Positions 35,050-45,497 are shown, numbered from the stretch's first letter. The stretch: DNA of 64,000 nucleotides from an uncultured Planctomycetaceae bacterium (GCA_963813715.1 CAWFAK010000016.1:224001-288000); one strand, 5' to 3'. A program made the numbers and translations. Notes: generated by a model from the letters alone, not told the origin.

Positions 35050-36177
35050 ATGCCCCCACGTGTCGCGATCTGCGCTATCGCGCAATCGAAATATGTCCGC
35101 GATCGCTGGCAGGATCGCGTGCAGGGTATGTGTTGGGAAGTGGTGCAGCAGATCGTCCGGGCGACGGGCGTCGATCTGGCGGGGGAGGACGTCGGTGCGG
35201 TCGTTTCCAATTCGGACGATTTCTTCGATTGCCGCACGATCTCCGATAGCGCGATCACCGATGTCGTCGGCGCGCATTTCAAGTGCGAGGAGAAAGTCGC
35301 GCAGGATGGGGCGCAGGCCGTCTATTACGGTTATGCGAACGTGGCGTCCGGTTCGAGCGACGTCGTGCTGGTCGTCGGCCACTCCAAGGAGAGCCAGGTC
35401 GGCGACCGCAACCTGATCACGCACGCGGCGTTCGACCCGTTCTATACGCGGCCCGTCGGGCTCGATTATCTCGCGGCGGCCGCCTTACAGGCCGACGCCT
35501 TTCTGCGGCGGTTCGGCATCACCGATGCCGAGTTGGCGCGGCTCGTGTGCCAGCAGCGGGCGAAGGCGGCGCGCAATCCGCTCGCCAATGAACGCACGCC
35601 GCTCTCGCCCGCGGACGTGGCGGCCAGCCCGATGCTCGCCGATCCGCTGCGGGAGGCGTATGTCTATCCACGCTCGGATGGCGCCGTCGCCATGATCCTG
35701 GCGAGCGAAGACCGCGCGCGGCACCTGACGGACAAGCCCGTGTGGATTACGGGCCTGGGTTCATCGATCGACAGCTTTTTTCTGGGCGACCGCGATTTGT
35801 CCGAGTCGGCCAGCCTGCGACAAGCCGCCGGCCGCGCCTATCGGATGGCGAACATCGGCCAGCCGCAAACCGCGTTTGACGTTCGCGAGTTGTCGGACCC
35901 GTACGCCCATCAGTTGCCGCTGTGGGCCTGGCAACTAGGACTCACCGAGGATCCCAAGCGGTGGCTGGCCGGCGATCTCGCGCGGTTTAATCCCTCCGGC
36001 GGCAGTCTGGCGGGCACGCCGCAAGTCGTCAGCGGTCTGGCACGCACGGCCGAGGCCGTTTTGCAGTTGCGGAACGAAGCCGGCGATCGACAGATTCCCG
36101 GCGCAAAGCGGGCGTTGGCTCACGGCACCACGGGGCCGGCCGGTCAGCAGCATTGTGTCGTGGTGTTGGAAACCTAG
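35050..36177 (+). CDS. Thiolase-fold protein, SCP2/Ltp4-like, no catalytic Cys
   Basis: SDGAVAMILAS, NPSGG, ALAHGTTG; EEKVAQDGAQA at the nucleophile position. Confidence 0.85.
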   Translation: MPPRVAICAIAQSKYVRDRWQDRVQGMCWEVVQQIVRATGVDLAGEDVGAVVSNSDDFFDCRTISDSAITDVVGAHFKCEEKVAQDGAQAVYYGYANVASGSSDVVLVVGHSKESQVGDRNLITHAAFDPFYTRPVGLDYLAAAALQADAFLRRFGITDAELARLVCQQRAKAARNPLANERTPLSPADVAASPMLADPLREAYVYPRSDGAVAMILASEDRARHLTDKPVWITGLGSSIDSFFLGDRDLSESASLRQAAGRAYRMANIGQPQTAFDVRELSDPYAHQLPLWAWQLGLTEDPKRWLAGDLARFNPSGGSLAGTPQVVSGLARTAEAVLQLRNEAGDRQIPGAKRALAHGTTGPAGQQHCVVVLET

Positions 36178-36186
36178 GAGACGCCG

Positions 36187-37401
36187 ATGCCCCGCAAGAC
36201 TCGTCCGGTGGCAATTGTCGGCGTCGGCCAAACGCGGCACTCGAGCCATCGCGAGGACGTGAACCAGCCGGAGCTGATCCACGAAGCGGTCCGCCGGGCG
36301 ATCGACGATGCCGGAGTGTCGCTGGACGACATCGATGCCGTCGTCACCGGCAACATGGAAATGTTCGAGGGGACGCATCAGCCCGACATGTGGCAGGTGC
36401 TGGGAAACGGAGCGTGGGGCAAGCCGTGCCTGCGCGTATCCACCGGCGGCACCACCGGCGCCACGGTGTTCGGTGCGGCTGACAATCTCGTCGCCTCCGG
36501 CCTGCACGACGTGGTGCTGGCCATCGGCTTCGAGAAGCAGCAAGAGGGCCACACGACCGGCGGCATTACGGCGATGGCCGATCCGCTCTGGGCGCGGCAT
36601 CTGCAAACGGGCGCACTGACCGGGATGGCCGCGCTCGAAGTGATCGACGAATTCGGGCTGGAGCGGGCGCGGCGGGCGGCCATGCGCTACCGGGTGATTA
36701 TGGATCAGCACGCGGCCAAGAACGCCAACGCCCACCGCCGCTTCAATCTGTCGTTCGACATGATCGACGACCTGATGCAAAAGTCGCCGCCGCTCGTGGG
36801 CGAACTGCGGTTGATCCACATGTGCTCGCAGTCGGACGGAGCGGGGGCAATGATTTTCGCCTCAGCCGAGCGGGCCGCCGCAATCAATCGGCGGCCGCCC
36901 GTGTGGGTGCAGGACCACGTGACTGTCCATCGCGAGGAGACGCTGTCGCTCTCCGGCGTGCCTACTTACGACGCGCACGGAAAACTGGAAACGACGACCC
37001 AGCGCCGCGCGGCCGAGATTTTGTTCGCCCGCAACGCCATTGCCCGCCCGGCCGAGGAGATCGATGTCTTTGAGATGTACGACCCCAGCGCCTGGTGGGG
37101 CCTGAGTTGGATTCGCGATTTTCTGCTGCTGGAAGGGGACGAGCATCTCCAGATGGTCGAGCGCGGCGACATTGCAATCGAAGGCCGCTTTCCGATTAAT
37201 CCCTCCGGCGGCGTCACGGCGACCAACCCGATCGGCGCCACTGCCCTGCTCCGTCCGCTCGAGGCCGCACTGCAAATTCGCGGCGACGCCGGCGCTCACC
37301 AGGTGCCTCGCCCCGTGCGCAAAGCACTGGCCTCTGGCTTTGGCGGAACACTGTGGACCGTGCTGATGCTGTTGTCGAAAGATAAGCCCGATGGTTTTTG
37401 A
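36187..37401 (+). CDS. Thiolase-fold protein, SCP2/Ltp3-like, no catalytic Cys
   Basis: AIVGVGQT, GKPCLRVSTGGTTG, SDGAGA, EMYDP, NPSGGV..NPIGA. Confidence 0.88.
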   Translation: MPRKTRPVAIVGVGQTRHSSHREDVNQPELIHEAVRRAIDDAGVSLDDIDAVVTGNMEMFEGTHQPDMWQVLGNGAWGKPCLRVSTGGTTGATVFGAADNLVASGLHDVVLAIGFEKQQEGHTTGGITAMADPLWARHLQTGALTGMAALEVIDEFGLERARRAAMRYRVIMDQHAAKNANAHRRFNLSFDMIDDLMQKSPPLVGELRLIHMCSQSDGAGAMIFASAERAAAINRRPPVWVQDHVTVHREETLSLSGVPTYDAHGKLETTTQRRAAEILFARNAIARPAEEIDVFEMYDPSAWWGLSWIRDFLLLEGDEHLQMVERGDIAIEGRFPINPSGGVTATNPIGATALLRPLEAALQIRGDAGAHQVPRPVRKALASGFGGTLWTVLMLLSKDKPDGF

Positions 37402-37518
37402 AGGGGCAGGCGACACTCGTCTACGTAAATCTCAGGATAAGTATAATTAAGCGTCAGGTTGGCTCGATGGAGTCGCCACTCGTTTCTGCAAGTACTCGAA
37501 CCTCCCGCAAGTGTTCAA

Positions 37519-37770
37519 ATGCCGCGATCAGGTGATCTGCCGAAAACAGGGAACCCGAATTCGTCGAGAGAAAGGCGCGACAGGAAAGGGAACCTTATTC
37601 AAAGGCGACACTACGGTGGCGACGGAAAAGCGATTATCAACATTGATTTCGATCACGATCATGGTGCAGGAAAGCCACATGCACATGATTGGGATTGGAC
37701 GCAAGATTCAGAGGGGGTTCGTCTACCGGGCCGCCCCTTGACGGCCAAGGAAAAGAAGACAAACAAATGA
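37519..37770 (+). CDS. Stand-alone Ntox24-like polymorphic-toxin domain (putative nuclease)
   Basis: G.PNSS, QRRHYG.DG.A..NIDFDHDHG...PHAHDWDW...R.PGRP pattern; alternative TTG start at 37459. Confidence 0.7.
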   Translation: MPRSGDLPKTGNPNSSRERRDRKGNLIQRRHYGGDGKAIINIDFDHDHGAGKPHAHDWDWTQDSEGVRLPGRPLTAKEKKTNK

Positions 37771-38288
37771 GCACAAAAATAGTGTCCTACGAAAAGTACG
37801 TCGCCGGCTGGCTGGATAGCTCAATTCACGATTTTCTTGACGTCCTTCCATCGGGAGACAGTACCAAGTACGCGCTGATTACCTGTATTGACAGCAATCT
37901 AGACCCGGCTTCGCTGCGCAATTCGAGCCCAGAGCTGAAATCGATCGCAAGCAAAACAGAGGTTGTAGGGAAGGGGTTGCTGCTACCTACGAAACTGCTG
38001 CTTGAGGCTGATTCGACCAAGCGGATACTCTTCGGTTTCGATGAACTGTGGTTTTTTCCGGAAAAGAGCGTTCGGCCTAAACCGCCCTCGGTGTGCTTGG
38101 TTGGGCCAGCACGACTCAATCGAGCGCGACTTGGCAAAGTCGGTAAGTGGATGGCGGAGAATTCTTGCTCGTTGGGGTTGGGTGGGGGAGAAGGACTAAA
38201 TTTTGTCGTTCGAGCCCAAGGGCTGGTTAAAGTTTTACTAGGGTACTCCATTGAGCAGCCTGAGTCCGACTTAGCTCCGACGACTTGA
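37767..38288 (+). CDS. Putative immunity/antitoxin protein
   Basis: ATGA overlap with the toxin stop; same AT-richer composition; function inferred from position only. Confidence 0.6.
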   Translation: MSTKIVSYEKYVAGWLDSSIHDFLDVLPSGDSTKYALITCIDSNLDPASLRNSSPELKSIASKTEVVGKGLLLPTKLLLEADSTKRILFGFDELWFFPEKSVRPKPPSVCLVGPARLNRARLGKVGKWMAENSCSLGLGGGEGLNFVVRAQGLVKVLLGYSIEQPESDLAPTT

Positions 38289-38314
38289 TTGGAAAGCGCG
38301 TGCAGGAATCTCGG

Positions 38315-38809
38315 ATGCCTCCTAAAAAACTCTCGGCCGAGCTGGTGCATCGCGAACACATGGCCCGCTTCCCGCAGCGCTGGTCGACCGGGCCGGTGAT
38401 GGGCAAGTTCCTCAAGGCGCTTCGCGATGAGAAGCGCATTATGGCGAACGTGTGCCCGCGCTGCGGCCGCTCGCAGGTGCCCCCGCGCGAAGTGTGCGCC
38501 GTCTGCCGCGTCGCTGCGACCCAGTTTGAAGAAGTCGGGCCAGCAGGGACGCTCCGCAACTTCGACGTCGTCTATTACGCCAGCCCGGATCCGGTCACCG
38601 GCCAGGGCCGCGAAGTGCCTTATGCTACGGCCTACGTTGAGCTGGACGGCGCCAAGGGCGGAGCGACGTTCTGGCACGAGTTGCACGAGACGGACATGAC
38701 CAAGCTAAGGCGCGGCCTCCGCGTGCGGGCTGTCTTCGAGGAGGACGGCAAACGGACGGGTGCGATCACCGACATCAAGTACTTCGAGATCATCGAGGGA
38801 GAGGCGTGA
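38315..38809 (+). CDS. DUF35 Zn-ribbon/OB-fold protein
   Basis: CPRC...PPREVCAVC; PYATAYVELDGA; RVRAVF. Confidence 0.9.
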   Translation: MPPKKLSAELVHREHMARFPQRWSTGPVMGKFLKALRDEKRIMANVCPRCGRSQVPPREVCAVCRVAATQFEEVGPAGTLRNFDVVYYASPDPVTGQGREVPYATAYVELDGAKGGATFWHELHETDMTKLRRGLRVRAVFEEDGKRTGAITDIKYFEIIEGEA

Positions 38810-39261
38810 TGGCCGCCGAGTCCGACGCCTTTGTGGTCGAGGGGACGTTTGCCCTGCCTTACAACTATTTCGCGGGCCGCGTTGGCAGCACGTGGCTCGT
38901 GGCGTTGCGCGACGAGCAGAAAATCTACGGCGTGCGTCATCCCCAAACGGGCAAGGTCTTCGTCCCGCCGCGGCAGGTCGACGAAAAAGACTTCACCGAC
39001 CTCACCGGCGATTGGGTCGAAGTCGGTCCCGAGGGGCGGGTCACCGGCTTCACGGTCATCCGTTATCGCGAGCCTTACCAGCCGCTGCCGGTGCCGTTTG
39101 GTCTCGCCCTGATTCAGCTCGACGGAGCCGATACGTCGCTTGTGCACGTCGTGCGCGGGGAAGACTTGGGGCAACTGTCGGTCGGTCGGAGAGTCCGGGC
39201 CGTCTTTGCCCGCGAACGCAAAGCCACGATCCTCGACATTGCTCACTTCGCGCCCGTCTGA
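38806..39261 (+). CDS. Second DUF35/OB-fold protein lacking Zn-ribbon cysteines
   Basis: GKVFVPPR, WVEVGPEG, ALIQLDGADT, RVRAVF. Confidence 0.88.
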   Translation: MMAAESDAFVVEGTFALPYNYFAGRVGSTWLVALRDEQKIYGVRHPQTGKVFVPPRQVDEKDFTDLTGDWVEVGPEGRVTGFTVIRYREPYQPLPVPFGLALIQLDGADTSLVHVVRGEDLGQLSVGRRVRAVFARERKATILDIAHFAPV

Positions 39262-39296
39262 CCGCCGGCGACTTGCTTGCGATCGCTGTGGCGACG

Positions 39297-39938
39297 TCAA
39301 ACGCAGATTTCGACCTCGCGAAATTTGAACGGCGTCCGCTCGAATTGGGCGGCGAGGTACTTGAGCGTCTTCCACCGCGTGGCGTGAGTGGGGCTCTCGT
39401 ATTTCGGTTCGTCCTTGGGCAGGTTGAGCAGCAAGCTCTTCTGGATGAGCATCGCCCGAATCTTGCGGGTGCGAACTTCGCCGGCCGATTCGCTCGTCAG
39501 GCACATCACGTAGCGCACCGTGGTCACGGGCAAACCCATGTCGCGGCGGATCTGGCCGTCGGCGAATTTTTCGCCCACCTTGTTGAGGACGGAGTTCAAG
39601 TAGTACCAGTAGTCGTGCTCGGGCAACTCCAAGAGGGGATCGTCAGCCGTGGTATGGCGAGCGGCGGCGACCAGGGTCGACACGGCAACAGAATTCAGAA
39701 AAACTTCCAGGCAGCTTTCCTCGGCGATCGTGCGAATCATCAGCGTGCCGTCGCGAATCTCGTTGAGCGAGATGTTCAAGCGGTCGAAAAACTCGCGTCG
39801 ACCCCATTGGGCGCGCTCGCGGCGGCGGCCCAAAAACCAGCTGACTGCCGCAATGAGGGCGGCGTACAAGAACTTCGTCCAGTGGTCGTGCAGCGTGTCC
39901 CAGACGACGTTCAGAAACTCGCGAAGGTTGTGTTGCAT
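39297..39938 (-). CDS. Hypothetical protein with N-terminal TM helix
   Basis: Start overlaps the RDD gene stop; coding-like composition. Confidence 0.75.
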   Translation of the reverse strand: MQHNLREFLNVVWDTLHDHWTKFLYAALIAAVSWFLGRRRERAQWGRREFFDRLNISLNEIRDGTLMIRTIAEESCLEVFLNSVAVSTLVAAARHTTADDPLLELPEHDYWYYLNSVLNKVGEKFADGQIRRDMGLPVTTVRYVMCLTSESAGEVRTRKIRAMLIQKSLLLNLPKDEPKYESPTHATRWKTLKYLAAQFERTPFKFREVEICV

Positions 39939-40750
39939 CAGCCCAGCCTCCGCGATTCGCGGCGGTAAATGGCGGAGAGCAACTCGAAGAGAAATTCCTC
40001 GCGGTCGGCCGCGCTCGGAGACGGGGCGGCCAGCCGCTTGGCCAGTGGCTCGACCATGCGGTCCATCAGGATTGTGCGCTGCCGGTCGGTGAGCGTGGGC
40101 CAGCGGTCCAGGATCTGTTCGAGCGCCTCGACGTCGGTCGGCCGCGTGCGGTTCAGCATGGCAGAGTCGAAACGGAAGCGGCTCTCCGCGGCCTCGCGGG
40201 CGGTCAGCCGGGCCCGCAAATCGCCGATGCCGTCCTCGGTCTCGGCCACGACGAGCGTGCCGGACACCATGTCGCCGAAGCGCTGGCTGCGGCTGGAAAG
40301 CAGCGGCACGATCCAGAGCACGGGAATCTGGTCGACGAGGCGAAACACGTTGCGGACGAGAACGCTGCCCGCGTCGAGAGCGAAGCCGTCGGCTTTCACC
40401 ACCCGCAGCCCGCAGGTCCGCTTACCGTACGTCTGGCCGCGGACGAACAGCTCACTCGCCGTGAAGTAGATCAAGCTGCCCAGCTGCATCGCCAGCATCC
40501 CGAACGCGAGACAAAACGCAGTGAACTCCTGCTGCGAAACCGGACTGCGGACCCCCAGTTTGCGCGACAGGCTGTCGACCGACACATCGGCGGCAGCGCC
40601 CAACACGAGCGCGGCGAACGAAATCCCGATCGCGACGAGGATCACGAAAAGGCAGTCGAGCGCCCAGGCGCAATACCGCGTGCCGAGTCCCGCCGTTCGA
40701 TAGGCGATCTGGACGTTTTCCGGCGTCTCGAACAGGACCTGGCTGGCCAT
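39938..40750 (-). CDS. RDD-family membrane protein
   Basis: ETPENV, AGLGTR..A..LD, GQTYGK, RNVFR, QRFGD. Confidence 0.9.
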   Translation of the reverse strand: MASQVLFETPENVQIAYRTAGLGTRYCAWALDCLFVILVAIGISFAALVLGAAADVSVDSLSRKLGVRSPVSQQEFTAFCLAFGMLAMQLGSLIYFTASELFVRGQTYGKRTCGLRVVKADGFALDAGSVLVRNVFRLVDQIPVLWIVPLLSSRSQRFGDMVSGTLVVAETEDGIGDLRARLTAREAAESRFRFDSAMLNRTRPTDVEALEQILDRWPTLTDRQRTILMDRMVEPLAKRLAAPSPSAADREEFLFELLSAIYRRESRRLG

Positions 40751-40880
40751 CGTAATCTCGGAGCGGCAAACTAAAATGCTCGCGGCCGGATGTACAGCAA
40801 GCACCGAGCCGCTGGACGTCACGCGTGCGGTTCCGGTTTCGGCCGGTGTGCTGGTCTTCCTTGCAGCGAGAGTAACCATA

Positions 40881-41897
40881 ATGGCCGACTTTGTGACACG
40901 CAATCGGCCGGATTGGGACGAATTGGAGCAGCTCTTGGCCCGCGGCCGCCGCTCCGTCGGACGACTTTCGCCGGAAGAGCTGAATCGTTTGGACGTGCTC
41001 TATCGTCGCGTGGCCGTGCACCTGGCACAGGTCCGCACGCGGACACGCGACGAGCGCCTGGCCGCGTATCTCAATCAACTCGCGGCGGCCGCGCACACCC
41101 TGATCTACTTGCCGCCGCGGCAGGGACTCCTGAAGCGGATGGCCCTGTTCGCCGTGCTGGGTTTTGCCGAATGCGTGGCCCGCAACTGGCGGATGCACGC
41201 GATCTCGGCCGGACTGCTCGTGGCAGGGGCCGTGCTGGCTTACCACGCGGCGAGCAACGACGTGCTGGCGGCGTACGCCCTGGCGCTTCCCGGCGACGCG
41301 CGTTTGCCCGGCACGCCTCCCGAGCGGCTGCTGCAATACCTCCGTCAGGGGCGGGACCTGGAATCGGGTGGCAAGTCGTTCTTCGCGTCCTTCTTATTTT
41401 CGCACAACCTCAAGGTGGGGCTCCTGTCGATGGGCTTGGGAGTGCTGGCCGGTGTGCCCACCGTCATCCTCACGCTCTACAACGGTATGATGGTGGGGAC
41501 CTTTCTGTCGCTCTACTTCAAGGCGGGGCTAGGGGTCGAATTCTGCGCCTGGATCCTGCCGCACGGCATCACGGAGCTGTCGGCGATCGTGCTTTGCGGC
41601 GGCGCGGGACTGGTATTGGCCCGAGCCGTGGTCAGCCCCGGACTGCAAACGCGGGCCGAAGCGCTGGTCGATGCGGGAGCCGAAGCGGCACGCACGGCTG
41701 TCGGCATCGCCGGGATGCTCGCGATGGCGGCGTTTATCGAAAGTTTTGTGCGGCAGAGCCACCTGACAACGAATGAACGCTTCGTCTACGCCGGTCTGAC
41801 AGCACTTTTTTGGACGGTCTACTTCGCTCAAGGCTTCCTGTGGCGGACGGGACCCGACGATCCGTCGCTCGCTGAGGCGACAGCGAAAGCGACTTGA
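40881..41897 (+). CDS. Stage II sporulation protein M (DUF95)-family membrane protein
   Basis: HNLKVG, YNG, ILPHGITEL, AFIESF. Confidence 0.9.
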   Translation: MADFVTRNRPDWDELEQLLARGRRSVGRLSPEELNRLDVLYRRVAVHLAQVRTRTRDERLAAYLNQLAAAAHTLIYLPPRQGLLKRMALFAVLGFAECVARNWRMHAISAGLLVAGAVLAYHAASNDVLAAYALALPGDARLPGTPPERLLQYLRQGRDLESGGKSFFASFLFSHNLKVGLLSMGLGVLAGVPTVILTLYNGMMVGTFLSLYFKAGLGVEFCAWILPHGITELSAIVLCGGAGLVLARAVVSPGLQTRAEALVDAGAEAARTAVGIAGMLAMAAFIESFVRQSHLTTNERFVYAGLTALFWTVYFAQGFLWRTGPDDPSLAEATAKAT

Positions 41898-41954
41898 ACA
41901 AAACGGATCGAAGAGGAAGAAGAGAAAAGGCACCGCCTTCTGCGTGCGCGGCTC

Positions 41955-43040
41955 TTAGGCGGCGGCCTGCTCGAAACTCTTTTGCATCAGCCGGCACAGG
42001 CCCGACCAGACGCGCTCGACGTCGAGTTCATCCATGCAGGCCAGATGCTTCTTGCCGCGATGGGGGCAACGCTTGCGATAGCTGGCCGCGCAGCTGACGC
42101 CGGTGGCCACCAGTTCGTGCTGGTTGCCCGGCGGGCCGGAGATCGTGGGGCTGGTGCAGGTGAAGATACCGACGACCGGCGTGCCCAGTCCGGCGGCCAA
42201 CTGCATCGGGCCCGAATCGTTGGTCACGAGCACTCGCGATTGTTCGAGCACGGCCGCCAATTGTTTGAGACTCGTCTTGCCGGACAGGTCGATCACCCGC
42301 GCGTTGGGCGCCAGTTCTCGCAACGTCTGGGTGAACTGGGCCGCGATTCCCTGCTCGTCGGGACCGCCGAGAACGACGGGCGACAGTCCAAATCGCCGCA
42401 TCGCCTTGAAGGCGACGGCGGCGAATCGTTCGGCGGGCCAGCGTTTGGTTTTCCAACTCGCGCCCGGGTGCACGGCTAGTCCGGCTCCGGCCAGCGGCGC
42501 GAGCTGACTGCTGGCCCATTCCCGATCGGCGCGGGAAATTCCCAGTCGCATTCCGGAGTTGAAATTCGTCAGTCCCAGCGCGTCGACGACGTGTCGGCTG
42601 CGCAGATGTGCGGGCACCGAGAGATCGGTCTCGGGAATCAAGAAGTGGCAGCCCCATAGCGAGCCTTCCCGCGCCGATTCCAAGCCGACGCGCAGCGAGG
42701 CCCGCGTGGCCCAAAGCATCAGACCGCTCCGCAAGAGCCCCTGCAGGTCGAACACCAGGTCGAACCTGCTGCGGCGCAAACGTGTCAGGAGCTTCTGCCA
42801 GTCGCCGAGCGAGCCGTGCCGCTCGAACGGAATGACTTCGTCCAGATCGGGGTGCCCTTCCAAGAGCGGCGCCAGCGAACGGCTGATCACCCAAGAAATT
42901 CGCGCTCGCGGAAAACGGCGGCGGAGCGCGGGCAGCACCGGCAGCGCTTGGACCACGTCCCCCAGCGCGCTCGGCTTGATCACGCAGATCCGCCGCGCGT
43001 CGACTTCCAGGAGCACAGCGGCAGTGTTGGGGTCGGTCAT
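41955..43040 (-). CDS. Glycosyltransferase family 9 (heptosyltransferase-like)
   Basis: [35 protein letters not shown]. Confidence 0.92.
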   Translation of the reverse strand: MTDPNTAAVLLEVDARRICVIKPSALGDVVQALPVLPALRRRFPRARISWVISRSLAPLLEGHPDLDEVIPFERHGSLGDWQKLLTRLRRSRFDLVFDLQGLLRSGLMLWATRASLRVGLESAREGSLWGCHFLIPETDLSVPAHLRSRHVVDALGLTNFNSGMRLGISRADREWASSQLAPLAGAGLAVHPGASWKTKRWPAERFAAVAFKAMRRFGLSPVVLGGPDEQGIAAQFTQTLRELAPNARVIDLSGKTSLKQLAAVLEQSRVLVTNDSGPMQLAAGLGTPVVGIFTCTSPTISGPPGNQHELVATGVSCAASYRKRCPHRGKKHLACMDELDVERVWSGLCRLMQKSFEQAAA

Positions 43041-43266
43041 CGGCCGGCCTGGTCCTTGCGAGTCTTTCTCTGGCGAGTTTGGGACACGCGGTCCGCGGTT
43101 TTCGCGATCGGTTCCGAGGAGGGAGGCGGATGATATCGCGGCTGATAAAAATGCGACAAGGGCAGGTTTGTACGGGGATTTTCCCGGCCGTTTGTGGCCG
43201 AAACCGGCCGCCGGCGAGCTCAACGGCCGTTCGCTTTGGCGTTTTGCACGCCCTATAATGAGCCTT

Positions 43267-44471
43267 ATGTCCACGGAATTGATCGAAGAAAGCATCCCCG
43301 ACATCGGGCCCCGTTCCGTCGGTCTGGTCCGCACGCAGTCCGCCATCCTGTTTGCCCCGCCGCACGAGTTGACGCTTGCCAATTCGCGGCGGCTCGGGCC
43401 GATCACCGTCGCTTACGAAACGTACGGCACCCTTTCTCCACAACGCGACAACGCGATCTTCGTCTGCCATGCGCTCACCGGCGATGCGCATGCCGCCGGC
43501 TACCGCTCCAAGGAAGATCTGGCCGCGCAAAGCCGGCTGGTGGGACGGCTTCATCGGCCCCGGCAAAGGGCTCGACACCGACAAGTATTTTGTAATCTGC
43601 GCCAATGCGCTGGGCGGCTGCCAGGGAACGACCGGGCCCAGCAGCATTTGTCCGGAGACCGGCGAGCCGTGGGGGCCCGATTTTCCCGTCATTCAAATTC
43701 CGGACATCGTCGACGTGCATGCCGAGCTGGTTCGCTCGCTGGGCATCGAGCGGTTGCTGGCGGTGGTCGGCGGCAGTCTCGGCGGGATGCAGGTGCTCGA
43801 ATGGGCGGCCCGCTATCCCGAGCGCCTCGCCGCGGCCGTCGTGCTCGCCTCCGTGCCCGCGGATGTCGGCCCAGGGAATTGCCTTTAACGCGGTCGGCCG
43901 CAGCGCGATCTTCAACGATCCGAATTTCAACGACGGCCGCTACTACCGCGACAGTGGTCCCCGCGCGGGGCTGGCGCTGGCGCGGATGGTCGCCCACATC
44001 ACTTACCTCTCGGAAGAATCGATCGAGCGAAAGTTCGGCCGCAAGCTGCAAGACGTCGAGGCATTGGCGTACGACCTGATCAAAGAGACCGAGTTCCAGG
44101 TCGAGAGCTACTTGAACTACCAGGGCCGCCGCTTCGTCGATCGGTTCGACGCGAATAGCTATCTGTATCTGACCAAGGCCATGGATTATTACGATCTGGC
44201 CCAGAGCTACGGATCGATCGAGAACGCGTTCGCCGCCTCGCGGGCCCGCTTCCTGTTCGTCTCGTACGACAGCGACTGGCTTTATCCGACGCGTCAAAGC
44301 AAGGAGGTCGTCGGCGCTCTGATCTCGGCCGGCAAGCACGTCTCGTTCATCGAATTGCATAGCGCCAAGGGGCACGACACCTTTTTAATCGAAGTCGAAC
44401 AACTCGAGGCGCTGGCCCGCCCGTTCCTCGAACGGACGCTCGAAGTTCTTCGCCGGCCCGCGGCGTCTTAA
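43267..44471 (+). CDS. metX: Homoserine O-acetyltransferase, two frameshifts (near 43530 and 43855)
   Basis: [37 protein letters not shown] across three frames. Confidence 0.92.
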
Positions 44472-44513
44472 GGATCCAGACGCGACCAGAGCCACATTCC
44501 GCTGCGACCACCC

Positions 44514-45260
44514 ATGACGGACGATACGATTCCTTCCTCCGAACTCGACAGCCGCTCCGCAAAAGGGACGCGACTGAAGAAATCGCGTCCAGCACGGGCC
44601 GGCTATTGCATGCCCGATCCAGCGGCGGCGCTCACCGACAAGGAGATCATGAAGCACGTCCCCGTCGGCAGCCGCGTGCTCGACCTGGGCTGCGGTGACG
44701 GGCGCTTGCTGGAAATCTTGCGGGACGTCCACCAGTGCCGCGTGCAGGGGATCGAGCTCGATCCGCAGGAATTCGTGGGCTGCGTCGACCGGGGCGTGCC
44801 GGTGATTCACGGCGACTTGGACCACGGTTTGCCGGAGTTCCCCGACGACTCGTTCGACTACGCGGTCCTCAGCCAGACGCTGCAGCAGCTGAAATATCCC
44901 AAGCGTGCGCTCGAAGAGATTCTCCGCGTCGCCCGGCGCGCGCTGGTGGTGGTCCCCAACTTCGGCTACTGGAGAGGCCGCCTCCAACACCTCCTGGGTG
45001 GACGGGCGCCGGTAACGCAGGCGTTGCCCTACGAGTGGTACAACACGCCGAATTTGCACTTCATGTCGATGTACGACTTCCGCGACCTGGTCGAGCGCCT
45101 GGGGATTCGCATCCTCAAGGAACTGCCCATTATCCGGGGACACGCGGTCGATCGGGCGTGGGCCGCCAACCTGCGGGCAGAAAGCGCGCTGTACGTGCTC
45201 GAGCGCCGGAATCCCGCGGAGCGAACCGCTCGTAGAAGCGCACGCAGTCTTCGACCTTGA
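44514..45260 (+). CDS. metW: Methionine biosynthesis protein MetW
   Basis: VLDLGCGDG, LSQTLQ, PNFGYW, LPYEWYNTPN; adjacent to metX. Confidence 0.92.
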   Translation: MTDDTIPSSELDSRSAKGTRLKKSRPARAGYCMPDPAAALTDKEIMKHVPVGSRVLDLGCGDGRLLEILRDVHQCRVQGIELDPQEFVGCVDRGVPVIHGDLDHGLPEFPDDSFDYAVLSQTLQQLKYPKRALEEILRVARRALVVVPNFGYWRGRLQHLLGGRAPVTQALPYEWYNTPNLHFMSMYDFRDLVERLGIRILKELPIIRGHAVDRAWAANLRAESALYVLERRNPAERTARRSARSLRP

Positions 45261-45497
45261 CCAATCGGTCGAGCAATTCGCACACACTTCGCGCGCCACG
45301 TTTCTCGAAAGCGGGCAGACTGGCGAAGGTTAAACTTCCGCCCTCCACGATCCTCCTGCTCCTGCCGGCGTTTCGACCCAATGACCCGGGAAACGACGTC
45401 GGATTTTCCGATAGTGACGGTTGTAGCGTGTGGTCCAGGCTCGAGGGGGGACCTGCGCGTGCCGCCGGCACTTCCGGCGTTCGACCGTTTGCACGAC

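Noticed and set aside
43041..43266. SAM riboswitch upstream of metX
   Set aside because: No recognisable SAM-riboswitch core, and the -10 box abuts the start codon
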